Source of the DNA: Scyliorhinus canicula
Taxonomy: Eukaryota
Direction: 5' to 3'
Length of the DNA stretch: 64,000 nt
NCBI RefSeq assembly: GCF_902713615.1
Contig: NC_052156.1
Span: 165,970,789-166,034,788, forward strand
Below are positions 36,596 through 48,885 of the stretch, one piece after another (position 1 is the stretch's first letter; the number at the start of each line of letters is the position of its first letter). Position numbers and translations under genes: made by a program. The notes beneath the pieces are model-generated. The model was given only the letters and a program-made list of their open reading frames with translations. It searched no databases and was not told the DNA's origin.

Positions 36596-37681
36596 CAAGT
36601 ATTGAACACAAATGGATTGGAAGGGCCAATTCTGTAATCTTTATATGAAGCCTTGGGAGATTTCAAAATTCCACAATTAATACTTTTATTGTATGGCTTT
36701 GAGAAAGACAAATCTGTTTTTTTTGCTTTAGGCTTAATAAAAATATTATACACATGAAGAGCCCCAATATCAATTTTTGTGACCCTTGATCCCCTGCTTC
36801 CTACACCCTCCTAACTCCTCTTACAGGAGCTGGTAATTTTCAGCATTCAGCCACTTTTATACCTCGAGCATCATGCAATTTGTTCTTCACTGACAACTGT
36901 CGAATATTTTGTGGAGTTAAGGTACCACACCATAGAATTTTCAACAAATCACTGAGATGCCACATCCCCAGAAATGTTCAGGAGTTTGGTCAAGTAGGAA
37001 TTTCGCCTTCCAAATCTCGGTTATTTCGTCATGATTAAGAAACACGCCAGATTATTCCGGATTGAAATAACACCAGGTAATAACAGGGCTTTTATCACCA
37101 GGCTCTGGTTTGCCTTAGAAAAATGGGACTGTGTAGGTGTGTTTTCAACCACCTCCCTGCATCTTTGAGAGAGACAATGCCCTCTCTCCCTAGAAAATAT
37201 GAGCCCCCCAAACCCATTTAGAAATGTATTCACATTTATATTGTCGTTATTCTTTGCAACATCAAAGCAAGTTCAACGGATACTGATAAGGTGGGGAAAT
37301 AGGTTAAGAAACAGCGGATTTTTAACAGCAGCAAACGAGATTATGCATTGTTAAAAAAACAAGAATTACGCTCTGAATGGAAGTACACTCAACTGGTGCG
37401 GAATTGAAGAGGGATTTGGAAGTACACATTCACAGGAGATTAAATTGCTTGAACAACAATGTTTAGGGGGCAACATGCTTGAAGTATTTAAAGGAGATGA
37501 GAAAATGGGACCTGGTCGATAGAAGCAGACCAGTAGTTGACGATCCAGAAAGAGGAGCCACAAATACAAAATAAATGCAAGAGGTGGAAAGAGAGTAAGG
37601 AAAACTTCTTTACAGAGTAATCAGGCCGTGGAATCCAGTTCCATGATTAATATTTCAAGTAGAAACTAAGTCAACATTATT

Positions 37682-39023
37682 TGTAAGACTCGTTCTTGTT
37701 TATTTCGGTTGTTCCCATATATTTAATTTAATTATTTTTGGTCCATGGACCCACATACGGAATGTGCCTTTTGAGCAGAGGACCCAAGCTGAAGCAGCCT
37801 GCTTGTCAGGACAGTGTGCACCAGGTTTTGTATTTTGAGGAGGAGAAACAGACTCGCTAGCTCCTGGTGAATCTTAAGAACCAGCTTTGGAGGAAGGCAG
37901 TTTGATTGGTTGGGAAGGCAGGCAGTGGGTTGGCCAGGGACAATGTTCTGTCTGACAACAGTCAGCAATTGGTTCCTGCATGATGCTTCTGAGAGCTGAT
38001 CAGAAGTGATTAGATCTTGGAAGGAGAAGAAACAGTTTCTCTCTCTCACTGAAATAACTGTTTTATTGTTCTAAAACCAGTGAACGCCTGGCACATCTTT
38101 CCTGTAAACTTGAAATGATCCTGAATTTACCGAAAAAGTAGGCAATCTTGCCAGAGAACCCGCCTGAAGTCTTTAGACCCTCTAAGGAAGAGGAGCCGTG
38201 TTTCTCCCTCTCTCGGCTGCTGATTGTCTGCTGTCTGTGTGAGTCTGCAGTGAAGATCATCACAGGCCAGGGTCCCAGGTTCGATTCCCCGCTGGGTCAT
38301 TGCCTGTGTGGAGTCTGCATGTTCTCTCCGTGTCTGTGTGGGTTTCCTCCGGGTGCTCCGGTTTCCTCCCACAGTCCAAAGACATGCAGGTTAGGTGGAT
38401 TAGCCGTGCTAAATTGCCCTTAGTGTCCAAAAAGGTTAGGAGGGGTTATTGGGTTACGGTGGAAGTGAGGGCTCAAGTGGGTCGGTGCAGAGTTGATGGG
38501 CCGAACGGCCTCCTTCTGCACTGTACGTTCTCTATTCTAAGCTGAAGGGAGCGAAAGAACCCAACTGAAGGCCTAACCTTCAAACAGAAACTAACTGGAA
38601 GATATTCACCAGAGTCAAATATCCTTATTCTTTTCTATTATCGTTACCTCTCAACTACCCCTTTCCCTCNNNNNNNNNNNNNNNNNNNNNNNNNNNNNNN
38701 NNNNNNNNNNNNNNNNNNNNNNNNNNNNNNNNNNNNNNNNNNNNNNNNNNNNNNNNNNNNNNNNNNNNNNNNNNNNNNNNNNNNNNNNNNNNNNNNNNNN
38801 NNNNNNNNNNNNNNNNNNNNNNGCCAGCTGTATTTTTTTGCCTGTTTAATTATACTTACTGTTAATAATAAAACGTTATTTATGTTTACAAACCCCGTAA
38901 CTGTGGTCAATTTAACTCAACCAAAGCCACGGGTATCGCTATAAAATCTTATTTCACCTGCGTTGCCATGCAGGGTCAAGTAGGGCTGGAATTGACCGCG
39001 CACTAAGCCCGGGTGTTGTAACA
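37682..39023 (+). mobile_element. Solo LTR (TGTAAG...GTAACA) containing a V-SINE (38266-38538) and the assembly gap
   Basis: Same family as 10494-11803, opposite orientation. Confidence 0.75.
38670..38822. other. Assembly gap (153 N)
   Basis: Run of n. Confidence 1.
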
Positions 39024-40930
39024 TTACCTCCAGAAGAGACTGGAGATAAAAGAATATCAGACCAGGAGGCTAAATGTGATTTAAAAATCTTTCCTTACAT
39101 GGAAGCTAAACAGCGACAGAGGCTGGCTGGGCCAAATGGCCTGTTACTGTATTGCAAATTCTTTATATTTGTAGGAGTCATTTATCAACACAGGTATTGG
39201 CTAAATCAAATAACTGTTCCTTCAATGTAATGTTTCAGCTAATGTGGCAGCGATTATGGTCATTCCACACACATTGTATTCAGCCTTTCCAGAATACAGT
39301 GAATGTTATAGAAAGATGGCATTTTAGGAATAAGTCAATAAAGGTGAAGACTGAACTGGAGAACTGCCATTTTGTGGTAATACCTGATAAATGGCATTTT
39401 TCAGATATTTCCTACTGGGAATGGCACACAAAACTGGCCATCCTTCAGACTAAATCAGGTAACATTACTAAATGGTCATAGAGGAAATGGGGACAGTGGG
39501 GGGCACAGGGATTCAGAAGGGAGCACTCATTTGAGCTTGATAGTGAAAGTACATTGTGAGCACAGAGTAACAGGAACTTCACTACACATTCACCCATTGC
39601 TCTATCCAGAAAGTGGATGTTGAAATAGAAGCGCTTCAAATCACCAGCATGCATGTGCCTTATTTTGGCAAGCACAAATAATATGTTACAACAGTTTATG
39701 TAAATTGAGGTACAGACTTTAAATCCGTCTGTAAACTTTAACACAAAAGTAATTATGCCGTACTTTCTGACCATAGTCATTCAAAATTTGACCTCCAATT
39801 CTTTTCTTACTATTAAGTTATGAACCCAAACTATTTTGGTGGCATTGGCAATGTGCGTGGCAGAAAGCCACTAAGAACACTCAGTGGTTGAACAGGCATA
39901 ACAAGACCAACAAAAACCACGATCAGATAGAGAAGCAGGGGCTGTAGCATGATGCTGCAAAAGAACATGCTTTGATAGCGAGGAAAACTGTGGTACTAAG
40001 AGGCACACTGCTACCTAATTAGGACTGCATTCAGTTCCAAACAGAACGTGGAATCACACACTATAGAGCAAGGATCTACTTTCCGGTTTAAAAAAAAGTC
40101 AAGACTTCAGAAGTGCACACTCACCATGTACAAAAAATGTTACAATGCACCACTTGCTGCATGCCAGTCTTCCATCATGAATTTCATTGCCTGTGTGCTA
40201 AACATGCTTACATAAAGTCAAACAAGTTTAGAACAGTTATTTGCACGGTACCGCAAGAAGTTAGCACACACATAGGGTTAGCACTAGCTTTATCTGATCG
40301 GTACAATTTAATGCTGTGCAGTGCACGTTCATTTGTCATTTCAAATTATTCCAACCACTGGGGAGGCCTATAACAACTGGTGTGGGGTTTTTTTTGATAT
40401 CGAGCATTTTTTAAACACGACCCAACTTTGGAAGGACAACACTCTATAATTGTGTGACTAAACATTTTCAGTTGATAAACAGACTGTACAGAAACTTTCT
40501 ATCACTGCTATTAAACCTTACCAAAAAGGTATAATGACAATATGACATTTTATAATTAGTAAAATCATGAATACTATTTCTAAAGTTCTATTTTCTGGAT
40601 GCCAACTGATTTCCACTGTTCAGATACCAGGCTGACTGCAAAAGTCGATGAGTAGCATCAACATTGTTGAATGATCAGTTCGCAGCATAGACCATTCCAG
40701 GAGAAACATAACTGCAGCGTTAGCAATTTTTGTTTCCCCATCAGTGTAAAAAAAAAAGAATTAAAGTTACAATTTTCCACATCAAAACTTTTGAGGATCA
40801 TAGAATGGTTACAGATAGGAGGAGGCCATTTGGCCCATCGAGCCCATCCGGTTTCTTGGCCTTTAGCTGCTCCCACTCCCAACCCTTTTCCTGAACCCCT
40901 GCAATTTTGTCCCCCCCCCCCTTACAGGTG

Positions 40931-42188
40931 TGTTAGGAAAACAAATGTTGTTTTCAGGGATTTATATTTATAATCTTTATTGTCACAAGGAGGCTTACAT
41001 TAACACTGCAATGAAGTTACTGTGAAAAGCCCCTAGTCGGGTACACAGAGGAAGAATTCAGAATGTCCAAATTACCTAACAGCACGTCTTTCCGGACTTC
41101 TCGGAGGAAACTGGTGCACCCGGAGGAAACCCACGCAGACACGGGGAGAATGTGCAGACTCCGCACAGACAGTGACACATGCCAGAAATGGAATCTGGGA
41201 TCCTGGCGGTGAAGCCATGGTGCTAACCACTGTGCTACCATGTATATTTGCATTAGTAAACATTAGAACTGAGGTTTGGTTTCTGTGGGATATTTGACGT
41301 TTCTGTGCTTGGAATGGTAAAACTTGTAGTTAGATTCATGCTGGACAACGGTGTTCGTGTGTGTGGGGTTGGTTTCAATTCCAACTGGGATTCTATTGTG
41401 ATAGAGAGCGTTACGGCTTGAAAAATCAATAGGCCAGCAGAGATACGTAGACGTTGCTTAACAACTAGAAGCCCTTGTAAGCTAAAACAAAAAAAATTCC
41501 TTTGTTCTTCATTTTTATTAAATGAAAACCAGAGCAGTTGCAGATAGACAACTGGAGAAGAAACATCTCTCAGCCCTGCCCGAGGCAAGATAAGCTGTGC
41601 AATGGAGTAATGTGTAACAAAGCAAGCTCCAGAGGAACTGAAGGACAGTTGGTTCTAGTAACTGGGAAGTAGAACAGGATACTGTCCACGTGTGCCCCAG
41701 GCAAAGTTGAGAAGGAATCGGCTGGTGAGAAGTTGGGTTTCTAAAGTAAGCTTAAAGTTTCCCTAAGTAATCCTAAAGTTTTTACTACAGTCTACGAAAT
41801 AAATTTTAAAGCAATTGAGAAGACAGTATTGGTTGGATATCAGTGTGTGGGGTTTCAAAGTGTACTTGACCACAGGCAACTATTGTGCGTCAAAGGGACT
41901 TTGTATATTAAATGAGGCCGTTACAGTTTAAGATGTACATTGTAATGTGTTAATCTTAAAACTGGTGTGCATTTGTTAAACTAAGGGGTGAGTAAAGGAA
42001 TATTGTATTGCAATCCAAATTTTCCATATTTAATAAATGTTTTTTTTCTTGTTGTTAGAACTAATTAACGGTCCTGCGACTCTCTTCCTCCACATTTGAT
42101 TTTAAAAAGGCAAAGGTGTGATATTTTGAGCCATGGTTCCATTCTGGCATTTTCCCATCCAGTTATAACATCAACTGGGATTGTAACA
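40931..42188 (+). mobile_element. LTR-like insertion (TGTTAG...GTAACA) splitting a CR1 tail, with nested V-SINE (40966-41241, -)
   Basis: TG/CA ends, near-TSD GGTG/GGTA; minus-strand CR1 3' region resumes after 42188. Confidence 0.6.
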
Positions 42189-43459
42189 GGTACTTATTTA
42201 ATTCTCTTTTGAAGGCCATGATTAAATCTGTCCCCAACACACCCTAGATTATAACTACAAGGAATGTAGGAGCAGGAGGAGGCCATTTGGCCCTTCCAGC
42301 TTGCTCCACCATCATGTGTGAAACAGCTGATCCTCACATTGCTTTTAGATCTTTTGCCAATACCTTAAATTAGCATCCTCTGCTTCTCAACCCTTCCACC
42401 TATGGGAACAATATGTCCTCATCGACTTTGACCAGACCCCTCATGATTTTGAACACCGTTGTCAAATTTCCTCTCAACCTTCCCGCCCAAGGAGAACAAC
42501 CCAGCTCCTCCAATCCAAGTGCCTGAAGTTCCTCATTCCTGGAACCATTCTCGTAATTCTCTTCTGCACCCTCTCTAAACCCATCCCATTCTTTGGTTGG
42601 GAAACTATGGGGAGGAATGAAGGGGTCAAGAGGGAGAAATAAATTTGTTCAGAAGCACGCGCCGAAGTGCGAAATAAAAACAGAACATTATGGGAATATT
42701 CAGCAGGTCAGGCAGTCCCTGTGGAGAAAAACAGTTAATGTTTCCAGTCGTTGTGCATCCAAATAGGAAAGGTTAGAGGTGTCAAGGAGGGAGGGAAGAA
42801 TAAAACAAATTATGTTGGAAGAGTTTACGAATGACAAAAGGATTGATGGTGCAAGGCAAAACAAAAGATGTGTCAAAAGAAATAAATCGCTGTGCATAAT
42901 CAGAAGCAAGTAGTTTTATCTTCAGCAGCTCTGGCAGCATCTGTAGAGAGAGAAACAGAGTTAATGTTCAAGGTCGATGACATTTCACTAGAACCGGGAA
43001 AAGGTGGGGTTGAGATATGTGTGGAGCACGATATTCTCGCGGCCATGTGACTGGACTTCTGATCTGGAAAGAGGAGCCCAAATTCCACAACAGCAGCAGG
43101 GAACTTAAATTCAGTTAGTTGAATAAATCTGGAATAAAAAGTTAGTATCAGTAATTGTAAAGCTGATACTACTGGATTGTCACCAAAATCCATCTGGTTC
43201 ACTAATGGTCTTCAGGGAAGGAAAGTCTGCCAATGTTGGTCTGGTCTATACGTGACTCCAATGTGTTTGTGTCATACCCGTCTTTTGAAACGGCCGAGCA
43301 ACTCACTCAGTTGTATTCAAGAAGGTGGCTCAGCTCCACCTACTCAGGGGCAATTAGAGAGGGGTAATATATGTTGGTTTAGCCAGAAATGCTCACCTCC
43401 ATGAATGAATTTTCAAAATGTTTTTACTGTGCAAGTTAAGCGAGTGGGGAAAGAACAAA

Positions 43460-43595
43460 GGGAAGGCCTGAGGAAAGGTCATTGACCTGAAACATAAACC
43501 TTTCTTCTCACACCATGCAGGCTGCCTGATCTGCCGAGTACTTCAAGAATTTGCTTTTCGTTTCAAATTTCCAGCATCCAATGTTTTGCTTTTTA
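43460..43595 (+). mobile_element. Penelope-derived repeat with degenerate hammerhead core
   Basis: CTGAGGA-A-AGGTC-ATT-GACCT-GAAAC at 43468-43493. Confidence 0.6.
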
Positions 43596-44439
43596 TTCTC
43601 ACCTCTACACCTCACTTTCTCTTTCCCCTCCTCTCTCTCCGTCCACAACATACACCTGTTCCTTCCCCAATCCCTCTATCTCTCTCCCCCTTCCTGTTCC
43701 CCTCTTCCCTCGACCCGTCCTCCCCATCCACTACCTCCCTCTCCCCACCTCCCACTCGCCCCCCCTTCCCCCCCCCCCCCTTGTCCTCTCCTCCTCTGTT
43801 GCCAACCTGTAACCCTCTCCTCCCCCACCCCATGTCTCTCCCTCCTTGACCCCCCCCCCCTTCTTAGTCTCACTCGCCCTTGCCCGTTCCCTTTCTCGCT
43901 CTCTGGGTTGGATTTTGCAGCCGCACATACAGGAAATATGGTACAATTATGTCATGTTGGCAATGCCATGTCACCATGCCAACCTTGAAAACCACGCAAG
44001 GGGAGCAACGATGGAAATCTGAAGCGTTCCCACCATTTTGCAATAAACAAAGAAGCAGCTATTGACCTTGTGAAAGAGATGCTTACACACGTTTCACTCA
44101 CCACTCCATGTTTACACCTGTTGGTTGGGAAGACGTTTGGAAATACTTCTCTCCAGGTACTTCTGATGGCGGAGGGTAAAGCTTGATACTGGCACCGTGT
44201 CTGCTACAGAGACAGCTGGTGAAGGTGGCAGCATCTGCATGATTTCTGACTTTGTTTAACTGACTGTTTTAAGCCCGTCATAAAGGTACAGGGAGCTTGA
44301 GAGGGAAAGAAACCTTTGAAATAGTCATAACTGACTTCCTGTTTATGGCAAAACCTCCCCATCTGCCCCCCACCCAAGACACGGCCTAGACTCCAAATAG
44401 ACGCACCGCTAATTGGCCACCTTCTTTCTGGGTGGCAGC

Positions 44440-45016
44440 TGTTATGGGAGAGGTGTTTTCAGAACCCCAAAATGTATCATAGAGTTCAACCAACCCTCAC
44501 CTTTAATGGATTGTTGCTTTTGAAGCACACGGCTTGTTCCCCAGGTGTAGGATTATAATTATGGACACGTGGTTTTTAAAACAAAACAATGTTTATTCCA
44601 TGAACTCAAATTAACCTTTTAAATAAACATTGGATCTCTTAACACCCCTTACTTCAAAGATAACCCCGAAAATAATACAACACTACCCAATCCTGCAAAC
44701 TGTTCCTTTACACATCCAAAAGACTTAACAAATCCTTCAAACAGAAAGACATTAGATTTATATTCAATACTGAGACCTTTTTACAATTCCGATTTCACCA
44801 AAGGATTAAGAGATAGTCCTTCATGGCAGAGATCACCAGCAATGCAGCTCACAGCCACACCCAAGCTTTCTTCAAACTGAAACTAAATCTCCCAAAAAGC
44901 AGAAGTGAGCTCAGCTCCGCCCCCCGTGACATCACTTCAGTAATATGATCCGCTTCATTTCTTAAAGATACATCATTTCTTAAACATCCAATTCTTAAAG
45001 GCACTCTCACATGACA
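44440..45016 (-). mobile_element. Solo-LTR-like repeat
   Basis: TGTTATG...CATGACA termini; no clean TSD. Confidence 0.55.
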
Positions 45017-45099
45017 GCCTAATACTGGATTTGCTGAATTGAAACAGCAAAGGGGGGGGGGGGGGGGGGGGGGGGAGCAGGAGTGAGAAAACCACTCCC

Positions 45100-45500
45100 T
45101 TCCCTTTTAGAAGGATGAGGGGGGAATTTTATTGAAACTTACAGGATACTGCGTGGCCTGGTAGAGTAGACATGGAGAGGATGTTTCCACTTGTAGGAAA
45201 ATCTAGAGGCAGAGGACACAATCTCAGACTAAAGGTACGATCCTTTAAAGCAGAGATGAGAAGGAATTTCTTCAACCGGAGGGTGGTGAATCTGTGGAAC
45301 TCTTTGGAGAGTTGTGAAGGTTGTGGAGGGCAAATCACTGAATGTCTTTAAGATAGAGAAAGATAGGTTCTCGATTAATAAGTGGATCAGGGTTTATGGG
45401 GAGAAGGCAGGAGAATGGGAATGAGAAAAATATCAGCCATGGTTGAATGGCGGAGCAGACTCGATGTACCGAGTGGCCTAATTCTGCTCTTATGTCTTAC
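45100..45500 (+). mobile_element. CR1 3' end fragment
   Basis: RRNFFN.RVVNLWNSL remnant plus tail. Confidence 0.8.
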
Positions 45501-45756
45501 GGTCTTCCCAAACTGCCCCCTCACAATGCCAAGAACCGTCCACTTCTATCCCTCCACCCCCCCCCCCCACCACCAATCCCATCTCCCCCCCATCTGCACT
45601 ATTCACTCCACTCCTCTCCCCCCCCCTCACCATATCCTAACACCCATCTCTCCACCCTGCCTCCCTTTCTAGACACTCCTTGTCACCACTCCCTCCCCTC
45701 TCCACGCACTTTCACCCACACCGTCTCCCACATGTCTCTACCTCTCCCTCTCATGG

Positions 45757-47127
45757 ATTAATCAAGGTTAGTTAGCATGGATTTGTTAAGGAAAGGTTGT
45801 GTCTGACTAACGTGAGTGAATTCTTTGAACTGGTAAAAGGGAGGATTGATGAAGGTAATGCAGTTGATGTAGTCTACCTGGATTTTAGCAAGACTTTTGA
45901 CAAGGTCCCACAAGGCAGACTGGCTCAAAAAAATAGAATCCTTTGGGATCCAGGGGAATGTAGCAAGTTGGATACAAAACTGGTTCAGTGGCAGGAAACA
46001 AAATGATCATTATTGATGGAGGTTTTTGTGGCTGGTAGGCTGTTTTCAGTGGGGTTCCGTAGGGCTCAGTACTCAATCCCCAGCTTTTACATGTGTTGAG
46101 TGTTTCAGCCTCAACCACTGACTTAGGCAGTGAATTCCAGACGCTCACCACCCTTTGAGTGAAAAGGTTTTTCCTCATGTCCACTCTAATCCTTCTACCA
46201 ATCACCTTAAATCTCTGCCCCCTGGTAATTGAGTCCTCAGCTAGGGGAAGCAAGTCTTTCCTATCTCGGTCTCTGATAATTTTGTACACCTCAATTAGGT
46301 CACCACTCGGGTAGCACAGTGGTGCTGTGGCTAGCACTGCTGCCTCACGGCACCGAGGTCCCAGGTTCGATTCCGGCTCTGGGTCAGTGTGGAGTTTGCA
46401 CATTCTCCCCGTGTGTGCGTGGGTTTCACCCCCTCAACCCAAAGATGTGCAGGGTAGGTGGATTGGCCACGCTAAATTGCCCCTTAATTGGAAAACATGA
46501 ATTGGGTACTCTAAATTTTTTTAAAAATAGATCACCACTCAGCCTCCGAAAACAACCCCAGCCTAACCAATCTCTTCTCTTGGCCCCACTTTTCTAAGCC
46601 CTGGCAAAGTTATTGTAATCTCTGTACTCTCTCCTGAGAAGTGATGTCCTTCTTGTGATGTGGTGACTAGAACTGTACACAGAACTCCAGATGTGGCCTA
46701 AGCAACGTTTCTATCCAGTTCCAGCGTTACACCCCTGCTTTTGTATTCAATACCTCACCCAATAAAAGGCATTACATGTGCATTATCGCCTTATCCAGCT
46801 GTCCTACCACCCTCAAAAACCTGTGGAGATGCACATCAAGCTCTCACTTACAGTAACTTCATTGCAGTGTTAATGTAAACCTACTTGTGACAATAAAATG
46901 ATTATTATTCCTCAACCCCTTTTAATATTTTCCCATTTATTAAGTATTCCCTTTTCTGCCCTCGCCAAATACATTACCTCACATTTTTCTGGACGGAATT
47001 CCATTTCTCTGCCCACACCAAACTATTGATCTCATTCTGTAGTCCAGAAGTGTTCTCTTCACTATCACCTGGTCAGACTTTGGTGTCATCTGCAAATTTC
47101 CCAATCATGCCACCCACACTGAAGTCT
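45757..47127. mobile_element. CR1 RT fragment with internal inversion (+ 45757-46090; - 46095-47127) and nested V-SINE (46309-46527)
   Basis: Plus part ends at P.GSVL; minus part starts at the following ...GKFADDTK motif. Confidence 0.75.
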
Positions 47128-47129
47128 AA

Positions 47130-48062
47130 GCGGGCTGGGTCCCCCGGGGCTGTGGGTCCCCGGGGCCGGGCTGGTACCCCGTGGCTGTGGGTCCCCGGGT
47201 CTGGGCTGGGTCCCCGGGGCCGGGCTGGTACCCAGTGGCTCTGGGTCCCCGGGTCTGGGCTGGGTCCCCGGGGCCGGTCGGTCCGGGCTGGGTCCCCGGG
47301 GCTGGGTCCCCCGGGGCTGTGGGTCCCCGGGTCCGGGCTGGGTACCCGGGGCCGGTCGGTCCGGGCTGGGTCCCCGGGGCTGGGGGTCCCCAGGGCCAGG
47401 CTGGGTCCCCGGGTCCCCAGGGCCGGGCTGGGTCCCCTGGGCTCTGGGTACCCGAGGCCGGGCTGGTCCCCCGGGGCTGTGGGTCCCCGGGGCCAGACTG
47501 GGTGGCCGGGCTGTATGGCCGGGCTGGGTCCCCAGGGCTGAGGGTCCCCGGGGGCCGGGCTGGGTCCCCCGGGGCTGTGGGTCCCCGGGGCCGGGCTGGG
47601 TCCCCGGCTACCCGAGGCCGGGCTGGGTCCCCAGGGCTGTGGGTCCCCGGGGCCGGGCTGGGTCCCCGGGGGGCCGGGCTGGGTCCCCGGGGGGCCGGGC
47701 CGGGCTGGGTCCCCGGGGGGCCGGGCCGGGCTGGGTCCCCGGGGGGCCGGGCCGGGCTGGGTCCCCCGGGGGCCGGGCCGGGCTGGGTCCCCCGGGGGCC
47801 GGGCCGGGCTGGGTCCCCCGGGGGCCGGGCCGGGCTGGGTCCCCCGGGGGCCGGGCCGGGCTGGGTCCCCCGGGGGCCGGGCTGGGTCCCCCGGGGGCCG
47901 GGCCGGGCTGGGTCCCCCGGGGGCCGGGCCGGGCTGGGTCCCCCGGGGGCCGGGCTGGGTCCCCCGGGGCTGTGGGTCCCCAGGGCCGGGCTGGGTCCCC
48001 GGCTACCCGAGGCCGGGCTGGGTCCCCCGGGGCTGTGGGTTCCCGGGACCAGGCTGGGTCCC
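47130..48062. repeat. GC-rich minisatellite (GGGCCGGGCTGGGTCCCC(C)GG variants) in CDNF intron 1
   Basis: Directly visible tandem array. Confidence 0.95.
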
Positions 48063-48092
48063 ACTGACTCTACCCCGGGTCAGGCCGCTCAC

Positions 48093-48174
48093 CTTCACAT
48101 TCCCCGGGCTGGAGGGGCTGCCCGCCCTGGGCCAGCCACAGCAGCAGCAGCGGCACCGGGAGCAGCCGCTTCAT
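48093..48174 (-). CDS. CDNF: CDNF exon 1 (signal peptide MKRLLPVPLLLLWLAQGG-QPLQPGECE)
   Basis: gacATG start, hydrophobic leader, ...CE motif, donor G|GTGAGC; 82 nt, phase 1. Confidence 0.92.
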
Positions 48175-48766
48175 GTCGGGCCTGCAAACTGCCTCACAAC
48201 CGAAAGTAAACAGCGGCCGCCATTGCGGACTCCATTGGGCAGGCGCTGCTCCAATCAGCGCGCCGCTCTCCCGTCCCGCAATCCCATTGGGCAGTGTCTC
48301 TCCAATCAGCGCACGGCTCTCCCATCCCGCAATCGCATTGGGCAGAACCTCGCCAATCAGCGCACGGCTCTCCCATCCCGCAATCGCATTGGGCAGGCGC
48401 TGCTCCAATCAGCGCGCCGCTGTCCCGTCCCGCAATCCCATTGGGCAGAGCATCTCCAGTCAGCGCGCCGCTCTCCCATCCCGCAATTCCATTGGGTAGA
48501 ACCTCGCCAATCAGCGCGCGGCTCTCCCATCCCACAATCCCATTGGGCAGGCACTACTCCAATCAGCGTGCTCTAGTCCTACCCACAATCCCATTGGGCA
48601 GAGATTCTCCAATCAGCGTGTTATTTTCCCATACCACATTCCCATTGGGCAGACGCTGCTCCAATCAGCGCGCTGCTCGCCCATCCCGCAATCCCATTGG
48701 GCAGACACTGCCAGACACTCCCATTGGTCAGTTGCAGTATCTCTGGGCGGTTGTATAGTAACAACA
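48175..48766. promoter_or_regulatory. Bidirectional CDNF/HSPA14 promoter within a CpG-rich island
   Basis: Divergent ATGs separated by 592 bp; CpG-rich; many CCAAT boxes; YY1-like ATGGCGG at both ends. Confidence 0.85.
48230..48710. repeat. ~51-bp tandem repeat (about 9.3 units), each unit with ATTGG and CCAAT
   Basis: ATTGG at 48234, 48286, 48337, 48388, 48440, 48491, 48542, 48593, 48644, 48696; CCAAT at 48251, 48302, 48353, 48405, 48507, 48559, 48609, 48661 (CCAGT at 48456). Confidence 0.95.
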
Positions 48767-48823
48767 ATGGCGGCGATTGGAGTCCATCTCGGCGGCACGT
48801 GCAGCTGTGTGGCCGTCTACAAG
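48767..48823 (+). CDS. HSPA14: HSPA14 exon 1 (MAAIGVHLGGTCSCVAVYK)
   Basis: acaATGG Kozak context, HSPA14 N-terminus, AAG|GTGGGA. Confidence 0.95.
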
Positions 48824-48885
48824 GTGGGAGCCGGGCCCGTTCCATCCGGGGGGGAGTCCAGCCCGGTTCAGTCCGGCCCTGCTTC

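Noticed and set aside
26949-48174. Calling the gene MANF
   Set aside because: CIAC, MSAHVP and RVAELK residues, and the linkage to HSPA14 and FAM107B, favour CDNF.
47026-48209. Long Gly/Pro-rich, collagen-like ORFs (312 and 342 aa)
   Set aside because: Artefacts of a stop-free GC minisatellite in CDNF intron 1; open in several frames on both strands.
48230-48727. ERSE/ERSE-II (ATF6) elements or a CRISPR-like array
   Set aside because: No CCAAT-N9-CCACG or ATTGG-N-CCACG is present. The units are homologous throughout with no unique spacers, and the DNA is vertebrate.
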